The notes: a model not told the origin generated them from the letters alone. A stretch of DNA of 64,000 nt from Candidatus Poribacteria bacterium (GCA_964291315.2 OZ219753.1:2304001-2368000); one strand, 5' to 3'. Counted from the first letter of the stretch, positions 30,627 through 39,880 are shown. Numbers and translations are program-made.

Positions 30627-31394
30627 TCAACGCACGAATGCTTTGAAAAGTGCAACGTAGAGTGCAAGCACCTTCTCAGGATCGGGACCCGTATAAGCGC
30701 ATTCGTTGGATATGTAACCCGTGAAGCCGATTCGGTCTAGCCATTGGAACATCTGACGATAGAGGTCGAACGTTTCGGGTTCTTCCACTCGATGTGTATG
30801 CACTGCAGTAATATGCGAAGCCACACGTGAAAAGAGCGGTTCAATACTTCCGCCGTCGCAACCGATGAACTGTGAATTGAACACAAACCCAACGTTCCGC
30901 AGGTTCACGCCTTCGATGACAGCCATCGCTGAGTCTGGATCGGTGAAGGAGCCGTGCATCTCAATAGAGACGGTAATGTCCTTTTTCACAGCGTATGTGC
31001 CCAAGGCCTTCAGTCCTTCTGTAACGTAACCGATAACGGCATCGCGATTTTCTTCAGTATACCGGTCGCCTAGCACTCGGACGTGGTTGCATTCCATAAA
31101 TTCTGCCATCTCAATCACGCGTGTAACACGCCGGAGGGTTTCCACGCGGTCAGCGGCGTTTTCGGAGTGGAAATTTTGGCAGCTCGTCAGGGAAGAGATC
31201 GCCACGCCGCTTGCGTCCACTTTTGCTTTTAAATCGTCCCACTTTTCTCTGGGCGTGTCCCATTCAAAGCCGTGTTTCTGTTGATAGTCCATTAACAGCT
31301 CGACCCCGTGATAGCCGGTAGCCTCGGCGGTGTCAAGTATGCGATCCAATTCCCACTCTTGGCAGGTCTGATAAGTATTTAATGACCATTTCAT
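30627..31394 (-). CDS. Sugar phosphate isomerase/epimerase (xylose isomerase-like TIM barrel)
   Basis: GYHGVEL, VRVLG, SIEMHG, GFTGYISNE. Confidence 0.8.
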   Translation of the reverse strand: MKWSLNTYQTCQEWELDRILDTAEATGYHGVELLMDYQQKHGFEWDTPREKWDDLKAKVDASGVAISSLTSCQNFHSENAADRVETLRRVTRVIEMAEFMECNHVRVLGDRYTEENRDAVIGYVTEGLKALGTYAVKKDITVSIEMHGSFTDPDSAMAVIEGVNLRNVGFVFNSQFIGCDGGSIEPLFSRVASHITAVHTHRVEEPETFDLYRQMFQWLDRIGFTGYISNECAYTGPDPEKVLALYVALFKAFVR

Positions 31395-31400
31395 ATTTTG

Positions 31401-32471
31401 TTATTCCTGTATTGGGATGGGAAACCAGAGTCCCCCGGTTTTCGTGGTTAGTGCCTTATGCGTAGTGTGATTAATACCGATGACATCAATAGTGATGTTG
31501 TTTTGAACACACTTTATCAACACTTCTGGCAGCTTATAAGAGCCTTTGCTGGCTTCATCGGTAACGAGCACAAAGCGTCGGTTCACGCCTTCTCGGAAGT
31601 TGACCCGCCGCATCGTTTTTATGATAGCATTATGTGCGCGTTCATCGCCTGCAGCTGCGATAACATGTGAAGTGAGCAACCGTTTATATCGTTCATTGTC
31701 TCGTGTTTGCGGATGGATGATTGTGTCCCTATCCAGATACCTGAAAGTAACGATACCAAGCGTGAAATCAACATCTTTTTCTTCAAAAACCTCCACCATC
31801 CGATTAAGTTGTCTGCCGACTGCACGAATATTATCTATCATACTCCCACTAATGTCAAGCAGAAAAACGATGTCAACTGCGGTCTCATTTTCCCCGTCGG
31901 CGACGCTTTCGGCAATGCCTTCCAATGCTTCCCTCATTTGTCCATCTCTGTCGATCGGTTGTGTTGGCGTGTTCTTATCTCCTACTGTTTGGCTTCTATT
32001 TTCCCCTGGCGCTGTTTTAGATTTAGGAGCGATTGTGGGGGCCCGCGTCTGGACGGTCTCAATCGTTTTCCAAGTTGGGGTTTCTGTTTTTTGTTGATGG
32101 GAAAGTGTGCCTTCTGTGATCGGTAGCTGCGCCGCTGTCTCCAATACTGGAATCGACACGCTGGACGCAGGCGGCGTGTGCTGCAATTTGGCAGCACTTT
32201 GGTTAAAAGTAGGCGTGGCCCTCACAGGTGTTGAGCGGCGTGTCGGCATTGCGCGCTTGTGCCTGCTGTTTATGTGGAAACGTTGGAGATCGGTCACTAC
32301 CGTCGCTTCAAAAACGAGGGGTTCTGAAGGGAGCCGCGGGCGGTACCATTGGATATACCCCAAACCTATAATTGCTAACGCGAGGCTATGCAAAATTAAC
32401 GAAAGCAGAAACGCTTTCTGAGTTTTCCTGCGTTTTTGCAGGTGTACATATGAATAGGTATCCAGTAACAT
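31401..32471 (-). CDS. Membrane-anchored vWA domain protein with a TonB-like anchor and Pro/Thr linker
   Basis: SLILH TM segment, Pro/Thr-rich linker, DIVFLLDISGSM MIDAS, VLVTDE. Confidence 0.85.
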   Translation of the reverse strand: MLLDTYSYVHLQKRRKTQKAFLLSLILHSLALAIIGLGYIQWYRPRLPSEPLVFEATVVTDLQRFHINSRHKRAMPTRRSTPVRATPTFNQSAAKLQHTPPASSVSIPVLETAAQLPITEGTLSHQQKTETPTWKTIETVQTRAPTIAPKSKTAPGENRSQTVGDKNTPTQPIDRDGQMREALEGIAESVADGENETAVDIVFLLDISGSMIDNIRAVGRQLNRMVEVFEEKDVDFTLGIVTFRYLDRDTIIHPQTRDNERYKRLLTSHVIAAAGDERAHNAIIKTMRRVNFREGVNRRFVLVTDEASKGSYKLPEVLIKCVQNNITIDVIGINHTTHKALTTKTGGLWFPIPIQE

Positions 32472-32488
32472 ATTATCGGCTTTCTCGG

Positions 32489-35056
32489 CTACAAGGTTTC
32501 AGTAACCGTAGACACTGTTCCGGTATTTCCATTAATGTGCAGCATCTGTCCGTCAACGATATGCCGGGTTGCATTAGGGATGTTGGCAACAGCGGGGACA
32601 CCGTATTCTCTTGCGACAACCGCCCCGTGCGACAGGATTCCGCCGCGCTCCATCACCAAACCGGCTGCGTGCAAAAAGAGCGGTGTCCACGCGGGATCTG
32701 TAGATGGGCAGACGAGGATATAATCTCGGTCAGATGGGCAGGCATCTAATGGGTTTAGAAGCACCCGTGCTTTGCCGGAGGCGCTGCCTGCCGAAACGCC
32801 TACGCCCCTATATCTTTCCGCTACATCGGCAGCTGTCGGTGCACCGATCTGCTCTAGGGCATCGCTGAAAATGACATCTGGCACCTCTATCTGCAGCAGA
32901 AGTTCACGTTCTACCTTACGTTTGGTAATAACGTCGCTGAGATCCTTACCGGCAATCAGTTGTTGTAATTCGTCTGGCAGCAAATAAAAAATCCCACCCT
33001 CAAGTTTATAACGACAATCCAGTTCTAGCAAAGCGCGCCGAATCTGTTCATAGCCGAGCATCAAATAGAATTTTGCTGTCTCTCTGAAGGGCATATAACG
33101 TCTTGTGAAGTCGAGTTCGCTTTCAATCTGTTTTCGTAGACTGCGCTTATCCTTCACCAATTCGGCAAGTTCTACCTCCGCGGCCTCCCGTTGTTGTGTC
33201 TGTTGCTTTGTGTCCTTATCGCCGGAGCCTGACATTTTCCCATTTTCTTGCCGGAAAGATTTAACAAGCTGTTCCAGATAAGTGGTGTCTTCACGCCACC
33301 GCGGTTGTGCCAGTTCAAACTCACCAATACCACGATGCCCGTAATCTTTGAGGAAGTCGCCAAGTGCTAAGTTTCCCGCTGCGACCTGTTGCAGTTTTGC
33401 ATTGGTTTCAACAGTGAGATTGCCGGACAGACCGCCGATAAGTCTACTCACAATAGATTTTGCCGCAGTTTCACCTGCACATTTCTGGAGCGCTGCCTCT
33501 AGCCGCTGCAGCGAGAACCCGGCAAGGAGCGTGGCGGTGAGTGCTTTTGGTGCGAATGTGTCCAACGTTTTCGTGAGCCATGTGTCAAATTTCTTTATTA
33601 ATTCCGTATCCGATAAACCTGAATATGAAATATCGCGTTCGGCTTCTACCTCTGACTGAAACGTTGGGAATACTTCTGCCGTTAACACTGCATCAAAATC
33701 CGATCGGCACTGTCTCAGCCGCATCTCTGCTCTACTCATACGGACGATGTGGAGCGGTAGTTTCAGCCAAAATGCCGCGCTGATCCGTCTAATATCAGGC
33801 GCGGCTTGCGCGTACATCGCCTGCTGTGGATACTCTTTTAACGTGTTAAAATCGTGAGCAAATGGGAACCCCTCGAAGTGAAGTTCTGCCTCGCGGCCCA
33901 AATTAACGTAGATACGCCCACAGACGAGGTCCAGAATCCCGTTACCATCTACACGCCTGCTTGGATAAAACCCGAGATCTCGGTATGCCTTGCCTAAGCC
34001 CCCGGTGCCCGACATAAATTTTCTAACAATGGACCAGGTCATGGGTAGCGGAGCAGACAGCACCTCAGCGAGATTATGATGGGACCAGACGGTGCCATGG
34101 CTGTCAGCATGTTCCGCTAAACGTTGAACCTCCCCCTGACGGAGTTTCTCAACGGATTCTGGGTCTACACGCTCAACCGGAGGCAACCGCTTAGAAGAGA
34201 TTGTAGAAGACATAGTAGTAATCGGGCGCGCCTGCAACAGCAAAAATTGTCCATCCGCTAGGGCCCATTCAATATCCATAGGTTGGCCATAGTGATTTTC
34301 GACGCGTAGGCCGAGCTCCGTAAGCTGCCGCAGTTGCACATCCGTGAGACTCGGAGCGTCTTGTCGGATAGCTGCCACTTCGCTCACACCATGACGGGTT
34401 ACCATCTCTTGTTTTGTGGCGATAGTTCTTGCCAGAACAGCGCCGGTTTCTCGTGACACATGGAAGCTGTCGGGACTTATTGCACCAGACACAACTGATT
34501 CACCCAACCCCCAATTCGATTCAACAATAGAGACTTCTGAACGAAAGGGGCTCACAGTAAAGAGCACACCGGAGACATCTGCGTTGCACATCTCTTGAAT
34601 TACAACAGCCATTGCCAACGATCCCTCAGCAATATCTTGTGTTTTTCTATAGGCGACAGCCCGGTCCGACCAGAGCGATGCCCAACACGCTTTGATGATG
34701 TTTAACAGATCATCAGGAACCACATGTAGGAAGGAGTCTTGTTGTCCTGCAAAGCTGGCTTCTACCAAATCCTCAGCTGTTGCGCTGGAGCGCACTGCCA
34801 CCGTGGCGGTCTGCAACATTTGGTGTGCGCTGTGGATTTCCGCAACAAGCTCCGGAGCCAGTGTGAGTTCTCTAATGCTCCTTGTGTCTTGTTTAGGCAC
34901 GCCTTGAACGGAGGAGCGGTAAGCATCTGTGGTCACACAAAAACCTTGGGGCACCTGAAACCCGGCACATGTCAGTTTGCCGAGATTTAACCCTTTCCCA
35001 CCCACGCGTGGAAGGTCTGCTGCGTTAATTTCTGAGAAGTGCTTGATAAATTGCAT
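32489..35056 (-). CDS. PEP-utilising enzyme with rifampicin phosphotransferase-like architecture
   Basis: N-terminal ATP-grasp (GGKGLNLG, AVRSSATAED, SFAGQ, DIEWA, QARPIT); C-terminal phospho-His swivel (TDPAWTPLF, GGILSHGAVVAREYG). Confidence 0.85.
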   Translation of the reverse strand: MQFIKHFSEINAADLPRVGGKGLNLGKLTCAGFQVPQGFCVTTDAYRSSVQGVPKQDTRSIRELTLAPELVAEIHSAHQMLQTATVAVRSSATAEDLVEASFAGQQDSFLHVVPDDLLNIIKACWASLWSDRAVAYRKTQDIAEGSLAMAVVIQEMCNADVSGVLFTVSPFRSEVSIVESNWGLGESVVSGAISPDSFHVSRETGAVLARTIATKQEMVTRHGVSEVAAIRQDAPSLTDVQLRQLTELGLRVENHYGQPMDIEWALADGQFLLLQARPITTMSSTISSKRLPPVERVDPESVEKLRQGEVQRLAEHADSHGTVWSHHNLAEVLSAPLPMTWSIVRKFMSGTGGLGKAYRDLGFYPSRRVDGNGILDLVCGRIYVNLGREAELHFEGFPFAHDFNTLKEYPQQAMYAQAAPDIRRISAAFWLKLPLHIVRMSRAEMRLRQCRSDFDAVLTAEVFPTFQSEVEAERDISYSGLSDTELIKKFDTWLTKTLDTFAPKALTATLLAGFSLQRLEAALQKCAGETAAKSIVSRLIGGLSGNLTVETNAKLQQVAAGNLALGDFLKDYGHRGIGEFELAQPRWREDTTYLEQLVKSFRQENGKMSGSGDKDTKQQTQQREAAEVELAELVKDKRSLRKQIESELDFTRRYMPFRETAKFYLMLGYEQIRRALLELDCRYKLEGGIFYLLPDELQQLIAGKDLSDVITKRKVERELLLQIEVPDVIFSDALEQIGAPTAADVAERYRGVGVSAGSASGKARVLLNPLDACPSDRDYILVCPSTDPAWTPLFLHAAGLVMERGGILSHGAVVAREYGVPAVANIPNATRHIVDGQMLHINGNTGTVSTVTETL

Positions 35057-35162
35057 CAGCTGAAATGGGGCTACCAGCGGTAGAAGGCAGATTTAAGCAG
35101 AGAGCCTGTTATGAAACTCGTCTCTCTACAGAATCCTGAAGTAACTAAGGATATTAGAGACA

Positions 35163-35807
35163 CTAATCGTCGTCATCATCGTCATGATCGTCGTCATCGT
35201 CATGATCGTCATCGTCGTCATGATCGTCGTCATGATCGTCATCATCGTCATGATCGTCATGATCGTCATGGTCGGCATGATCATGGTCGGCATGATCATG
35301 GTCATCATGATCGTCGGCATTGTCGGCCTGGCGGACGAAATCTGCTGGACGCTCCTGCTGATTAATCCAATCAATAAAAACTTGGATTTCGGCATCAGGG
35401 AGTCGGGGGCCCCCGGGAGGCATTCTGCCTTCAACGATTACTTCAACGATTTCACTCTCTTCAGCATGCCCTGGAATGAATGTGGGGCCGTTTTCTCCTC
35501 CAGCGAGGAAGGATTCGTACGTTCTATAATCGATACCGTCGTGGGCGGCGGCCCCATGACAGCCAGCGAAGGCGCATTTTGCTGTCAAGATAGGGAGAAC
35601 CTTATTTTCAAAGGAGAGCTTGAGCATGTCAGCAGACTGTTCAACTTCGGTAGGTAACGGAATCATGTCGGCAGGTTTTTCAGCTTCGGTAGGTAACAAA
35701 GTAGTGTTGAGACTTAAAACATCTACACCCTCGTCTGCACATCCGAGTATACAAAGCAGCAACCCGATGGTGAGTAATAAAGCGTTTCGTACTATACTGA
35801 TAGTCAT
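35163..35807 (-). CDS. Lipoprotein with a planctomycete-type cytochrome c domain and a His/Asp-rich tail
   Basis: Lipobox ILGC, SFENKVLPIL..KCAFAGCHG, MPP, FIDWINQ; C-terminal tail with 12 His in poly-Asp. Confidence 0.8.
   Translation of the reverse strand: MTISIVRNALLLTIGLLLCILGCADEGVDVLSLNTTLLPTEAEKPADMIPLPTEVEQSADMLKLSFENKVLPILTAKCAFAGCHGAAAHDGIDYRTYESFLAGGENGPTFIPGHAEESEIVEVIVEGRMPPGGPRLPDAEIQVFIDWINQQERPADFVRQADNADDHDDHDHADHDHADHDDHDDHDDDDDHDDDHDDDDDHDDDDDHDDDDDD
35166..35320 (-). repeat. Coding low-complexity GAY/CAT tandem repeat (Asp/His)
   Basis: Repeating catgatcgtcgt/catcgt units on the + strand. Confidence 0.9.
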
Positions 35808-35951
35808 TTGAAATCCTTTCTAAACATAGGGGGAACTTTCAAGTCAATAGTGATTTCGCGACATTGGAAATACTCCACTCACTGTTGGCCTAAAGGAAGG
35901 AGAGATAGCGCATAGAACTACGCTCTCTTCCGACTCATCTCATCGAAGAAT

Positions 35952-35980
35952 ATGATAGCAGATTTTGACGAAATAGTCAA
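35952..35980 (-). promoter_or_regulatory. sigma70-type promoter with an overlapping TTGAC-N6-GTCAA palindrome
   Basis: Minus strand TTGACT-N17-TATCAT; palindrome at 35965-35980. Confidence 0.45.
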
Positions 35981-36044
35981 GCCGCAGACCCATCACTATT
36001 TCCATATCCAACCACGAAATCGTGCTACTGTTTTTTTATCCTTC

Positions 36045-36073
36045 TTGACAAATCCGTGTGACCTGATTAAACT
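36045..36073 (+). promoter_or_regulatory. sigma70-type promoter, near-leaderless for the GT9 gene
   Basis: TTGACA-N17-TAAACT ending 7 nt before ATG 36081. Confidence 0.55.
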
Positions 36074-36080
36074 AAAAAAG

Positions 36081-37217
36081 ATGTTTCAGAATGCAACCGA
36101 AATCCTCACTTTAATCGCCTCCACTGCTGTGCAGTGGCTTCTCTATCGGAAACGCTTGCCGCATGACTTCATCCCCAAACGTATTCTCGTTGTGAAGCTC
36201 GACCATCTCGGAGATGTCATATTAGCCACACCGGTGTTCTCCAACCTGCGTCAGGCGTATCCGAACGCCGAATTACATGCACTTGCCGGAAGATGGAGCC
36301 GCGTGGTTTTAGATAGACATCCTGATGTCGATAAGACGTTGGAATACAATTCACCCCCCTTCTGCCGGACAGGACAAGCCACGTCGCTAAGAGCGACGTT
36401 CGAATTGTATAGACAATTACGCCGCCAGAGATATGATCTGGTGGTAGAGCTTCGATCGGATTGGCGTATCCTCTGTTTCGCACTCTTACGACTCGCACCG
36501 CATCGCCTCAGCCGCGCAGCTTTACAAATTGAAAATAGGTTAGGAGGCTCTCGATTCAGTGGGATGCATGAGACAACGCGCAATCTTGACGTTCTGAGGC
36601 ATGTGGGCATTCCAACCTCAATCCAAACTGCTATTTTCTCAGTGAAACCCGAAGATGAAAAGTGGGCATCTGCTTTCTTGAGATCACACGAGATTGACAG
36701 ACAATATCCGTTGGTTGCCATACATCCGGGATCTCCCGTACCACTAAAACGTTGGGATCCTGAACGGTACGCAGAATTAGCAGACTGGCTGGTTACCCGA
36801 AGGCATGTACAGGCGCTGTTTGTCGGTGTGAAGGACGAAATTCCAATAATAAATGAGATTCAAAGTCTTATGCGCGGAGAATCAACGAATATCGCGGGCG
36901 AAACGACCTTGACGCAATTGGCATCAATCTTGCGTGCATCTCATATGTTTATCGGGAACGATAGCGGCCCGATGCATCTCGCGGCAGCGGTAGGCACACC
37001 GACGATCGGGCTCTACGGACCGGGTGATCCGAGGCGCTTTGCTCCGATCGGCGCACAGTGCCGGACGATTCAGCAGAAGGACGACTGTCCGCCTTGTGCT
37101 GGCGTTACGTGCCAATTCGGAAAAGAGGGATGCATGTCAAAAATCCGAGTTAGGGATGTTATCCAAGTGCTTGAAGATGCACGCTATCTAACATCGGAGA
37201 ATCTTGACAGAGAATAG
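36081..37217 (+). CDS. Glycosyltransferase family 9 (LPS heptosyltransferase-like)
   Basis: ILVVKLDHLGDV, HPGS...KRW, GNDSGPMHLAAAVGTP, GLYGP. Confidence 0.9.
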   Translation: MFQNATEILTLIASTAVQWLLYRKRLPHDFIPKRILVVKLDHLGDVILATPVFSNLRQAYPNAELHALAGRWSRVVLDRHPDVDKTLEYNSPPFCRTGQATSLRATFELYRQLRRQRYDLVVELRSDWRILCFALLRLAPHRLSRAALQIENRLGGSRFSGMHETTRNLDVLRHVGIPTSIQTAIFSVKPEDEKWASAFLRSHEIDRQYPLVAIHPGSPVPLKRWDPERYAELADWLVTRRHVQALFVGVKDEIPIINEIQSLMRGESTNIAGETTLTQLASILRASHMFIGNDSGPMHLAAAVGTPTIGLYGPGDPRRFAPIGAQCRTIQQKDDCPPCAGVTCQFGKEGCMSKIRVRDVIQVLEDARYLTSENLDRE

Positions 37218-37303
37218 GATTTTGGAGGTGCACCGCGCAAACCCGAATAAATTGATGTATAGGCTCACATTTATTAGGGCGAAAAGAGTGCTGACGAATC
37301 ACC

Positions 37304-37332
37304 TTGACATATTTTTAAAAAATAGTTATACT
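37304..37332 (+). promoter_or_regulatory. sigma70-type promoter
   Basis: TTGACA-N17-TATACT. Confidence 0.65.
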
Positions 37333-37426
37333 ATTTTAAATAGCATTAAATGCTATTGTAGGACACAAGTAGCTTGCGGCATTGGCTTGCAAGCGATATA
37401 ATGAACTTAGAGGAGGGATTTAGAAA

Positions 37427-38092
37427 ATGCAATCGAGATTAATGTGGCTTGTGCTTGCCGTGTTCGCGGTGGGCATCATAAGCATCGGCGTTATAGGTTG
37501 CGGGGGCGACAGTGAAGATGACGGCTCTGCCGAGACGCCGAACCCCGCAACTCCAAGTACTGACGAAGGCCCCGCCGTCGCTGCAAAAGAACCTATTGAC
37601 TTTGCCGCGGAGAAAGAGGCAATTCAAGAGGTCTACAGTGCCTTCTATAAAGCCTTCAACGACTTCGATATCAAAGCTGTTCAGGAGACCTTCGAAACTA
37701 GTAAAATCGTTTTTGGAACAATTTTTGCTGGAAATGAACCCGTGCCTTTGGCATCAGGTTGGAACAATGTTAAAACAAATATCGAAGGTTTATGGATCGG
37801 TATCGGCACAAAAGGCAACAAATGGGGGCAAAACGATAAGTTGACAAACTTTTGGATCCGCTATAAAGGCAGCAAAATTGAAGCGAGCGCGATAGGGTAC
37901 AACTGTTATAAAGGTGCGTACCCGGGTGAGACGCATCTCTATTTGTTGAAAGATCCTAAGGATGGCTGGCAGATTCATGAGCTGGATAGCATCACGGAGA
38001 ACAACCTTGGGATATTTGGATTTCATAAAGGTAAAGCGCGGCTAAGTGATGAAGGTAACTTCTTCACATCAGACAAAGATAAAGCCCCGTAA
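37427..38092 (+). CDS. Lipoprotein, NTF2/SnoaL-like fold
   Basis: Lipobox VIGC, EKEAIQEVYSAFYKAFN, C-terminal GWQI; GAGGAGG SD. Confidence 0.75.
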   Translation: MQSRLMWLVLAVFAVGIISIGVIGCGGDSEDDGSAETPNPATPSTDEGPAVAAKEPIDFAAEKEAIQEVYSAFYKAFNDFDIKAVQETFETSKIVFGTIFAGNEPVPLASGWNNVKTNIEGLWIGIGTKGNKWGQNDKLTNFWIRYKGSKIEASAIGYNCYKGAYPGETHLYLLKDPKDGWQIHELDSITENNLGIFGFHKGKARLSDEGNFFTSDKDKAP

Positions 38093-38125
38093 GCTCAACG
38101 CCGACCCGCGGATTTTCCGAAAGAT

Positions 38126-38175
38126 TGCCCGTTTTTGTGCAGCCTAGATAAAGAGACTGCCCGTTTTTGTGCAGC
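38126..38175 (+). repeat. 18-bp exact direct repeat x2 (candidate enhancer-binding-protein sites)
   Basis: TGCCCGTTTTTGTGCAGC at 38126-38143 and 38158-38175, 32 bp apart. Confidence 0.8.
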
Positions 38176-38224
38176 TTAATCTGTATGATGCAGGGATTCA
38201 CTGCAAATTCAACAGCTTTTGCGT

Positions 38225-38240
38225 TGGCACGGAAATTGCA
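38225..38240 (+). promoter_or_regulatory. sigma54 (RpoN) -24/-12 promoter
   Basis: TGGCACGGAAATTGCA matches the TGGCACG-N4-TTGCW consensus exactly, about 70 nt upstream of ATG 38310. Confidence 0.75.
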
Positions 38241-38309
38241 ACTACCCTTGCATCAACAGTTTTATGTTTTCTGTTACGATATACAAATATCCTTTGGAGG
38301 TAATAACAA

Positions 38310-39788
38310 ATGAGTGCAAAACGAACTTCCGGTGCCTTTATGACTTCTCTAGTGCTCCACGTGGTTATTGCGGTCATTGCTGGCGTTTATCTCGTCACGC
38401 AGACTGAACAGTTCAAGGACCTCGTTGGAGCCGAGGTGCTCCAACCGAAGGAGCCACCGAAGCCTAAGGTACGGAAACCCGTCGTCAAACCGGTTATTAA
38501 GCCGACTGTCCCCACACAGAATACCGTTGTTGTTGAACAGGTTCAAGTGCAACCGCGTGTAACAACTGCGTTTGTGGCTAAGTCGAATTTCCAACCACAG
38601 ACGGTTCTTGAATTTTCCAACCAGAGCGTTAATGTAGAAGCGCCAATCAACCCTAACGTTCCGAGAGTTGTGACCCCTAATGCTCCTGTACCGACAGTTG
38701 TAACCCACACCGATCTTCCGGTTTCGGATGCCCCCGGTGCATTGGCATTTTCGGCTCCTGTCGCAACTGCTCCCTCTGCTGGCCCGGCCAACATCGGTCG
38801 CGGTGTTGCAGGCGGGGCAGTACAGGTCAAAGTCGCTTTTGAACGTCCACCCGGACTCGCTATGGTTGAGAACGTCGGCGCAGCACGCGACGCGCTCGGC
38901 GATGTAGTTGAGAACATCACACTCGGTGATGTCGAAGTACCCCCGCTGCCGAGAGGCGAACCTGGGGGACGCGTTATCGGTAAAGGCCGGGACATCCGCG
39001 GCGTATTCCGTTTCACACGGATCCGTCACAGTCTTTCTGACTGGTGGGCTGATGCCTCTTCTCTCAACGCGCTGACGAAATGGCTCAACGAGCGTACCAA
39101 AATCAAAACCGACATGAACGTTGAAGGCGGGGCGCTGAAGTTCACAGATGCCAACCTCTTCAAAACGCCGTTCGTCTTTATGACAGGCCACGATCCGTCT
39201 CTTGTTCGTTCTCGTAATTTGCTGGGACGACAGTACGGTGGCGGCAAGATGGATAGTCGTCTCACCGAGACTGAAGCCGCCGGTATGCGCCGCTACCTCG
39301 TCGAAAAAGGTGGATTCCTCGTCTTTGATGACTGCGGTGTAAACGCACCTGCACAAGCGATGATCCGCCTCTTCTTGGCACAAATGCGCTACGTCATGCC
39401 CGAATACCAGATTGAGCGGATCGCTAACGATCACGAAATTTACGATAACTTCTATGAAATGGGGGGACCCCCTGTCGGATACGATATCTTCTGGTGGGGC
39501 ACACGTCCACCCAAACGGAACTATCTCGAAGGTATCTCCGTCGGTGAGAAACTCTCCGTTATCATCGTGCGTCGTGATTACATGTGCGCAATGGAATCAG
39601 TCAGTCTCCCAACCCGTAGCGTCCACTATTCAGCCGGTGTCTATCGTTTCATGACAAACGTTGTGGTGTATGCCTTGACGCACGGCAAGATTTCTGACTA
39701 TTCCGGTTATGTGCCTGAAAATACATTAGCCAAAAAGGAACTGCCGACTAGCGCGCCTGAGGCCGCGAAAGTCAGCGGTTTTGAATAG
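38310..39788 (+). CDS. Membrane-anchored DUF4159 domain protein with a TonB-like anchor and Pro-rich linker
   Basis: SLVLH TM segment, PKEPPKPKVRKP linker, PFVFMTGH, GGFLVFDD, HEIY, NVVVYALT. Confidence 0.8.
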   Translation: MSAKRTSGAFMTSLVLHVVIAVIAGVYLVTQTEQFKDLVGAEVLQPKEPPKPKVRKPVVKPVIKPTVPTQNTVVVEQVQVQPRVTTAFVAKSNFQPQTVLEFSNQSVNVEAPINPNVPRVVTPNAPVPTVVTHTDLPVSDAPGALAFSAPVATAPSAGPANIGRGVAGGAVQVKVAFERPPGLAMVENVGAARDALGDVVENITLGDVEVPPLPRGEPGGRVIGKGRDIRGVFRFTRIRHSLSDWWADASSLNALTKWLNERTKIKTDMNVEGGALKFTDANLFKTPFVFMTGHDPSLVRSRNLLGRQYGGGKMDSRLTETEAAGMRRYLVEKGGFLVFDDCGVNAPAQAMIRLFLAQMRYVMPEYQIERIANDHEIYDNFYEMGGPPVGYDIFWWGTRPPKRNYLEGISVGEKLSVIIVRRDYMCAMESVSLPTRSVHYSAGVYRFMTNVVVYALTHGKISDYSGYVPENTLAKKELPTSAPEAAKVSGFE

Positions 39789-39845
39789 AGGCACCGTTTA
39801 CAACCTAAGGCGACCTAAAATCGCAAAATAGAGAAGAATGCTTTG

Positions 39846-39880
39846 AGCCGCCAATTCAGATGGATTGGCGGCTTGACTTT
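39846..39880 (+). terminator. Rho-independent terminator-like hairpin
   Basis: AGCCGCCAAT-N8-ATTGGCGGCT followed by TGACTTT. Confidence 0.55.

Noticed and set aside
35166-35320. Possible CRISPR or non-coding tandem array
   Set aside because: There are no unique spacers; it is a codon-level repeat within a CDS.
35111-35657. Arg/His-rich, Met/Thr-rich and Val/Ile/Met-rich ORFs (35111-35365, 35126-35434, 35184-35657)
   Set aside because: They are alternative-frame readings of the Asp/His repeat. Only 35807-35163 has an SD, a lipobox and a domain.
38349-39434. 361-aa antisense ORF (similarly 24711-25505 and 52237-52935)
   Set aside because: These are antisense shadows of genes with biased codon usage and contain no motifs.
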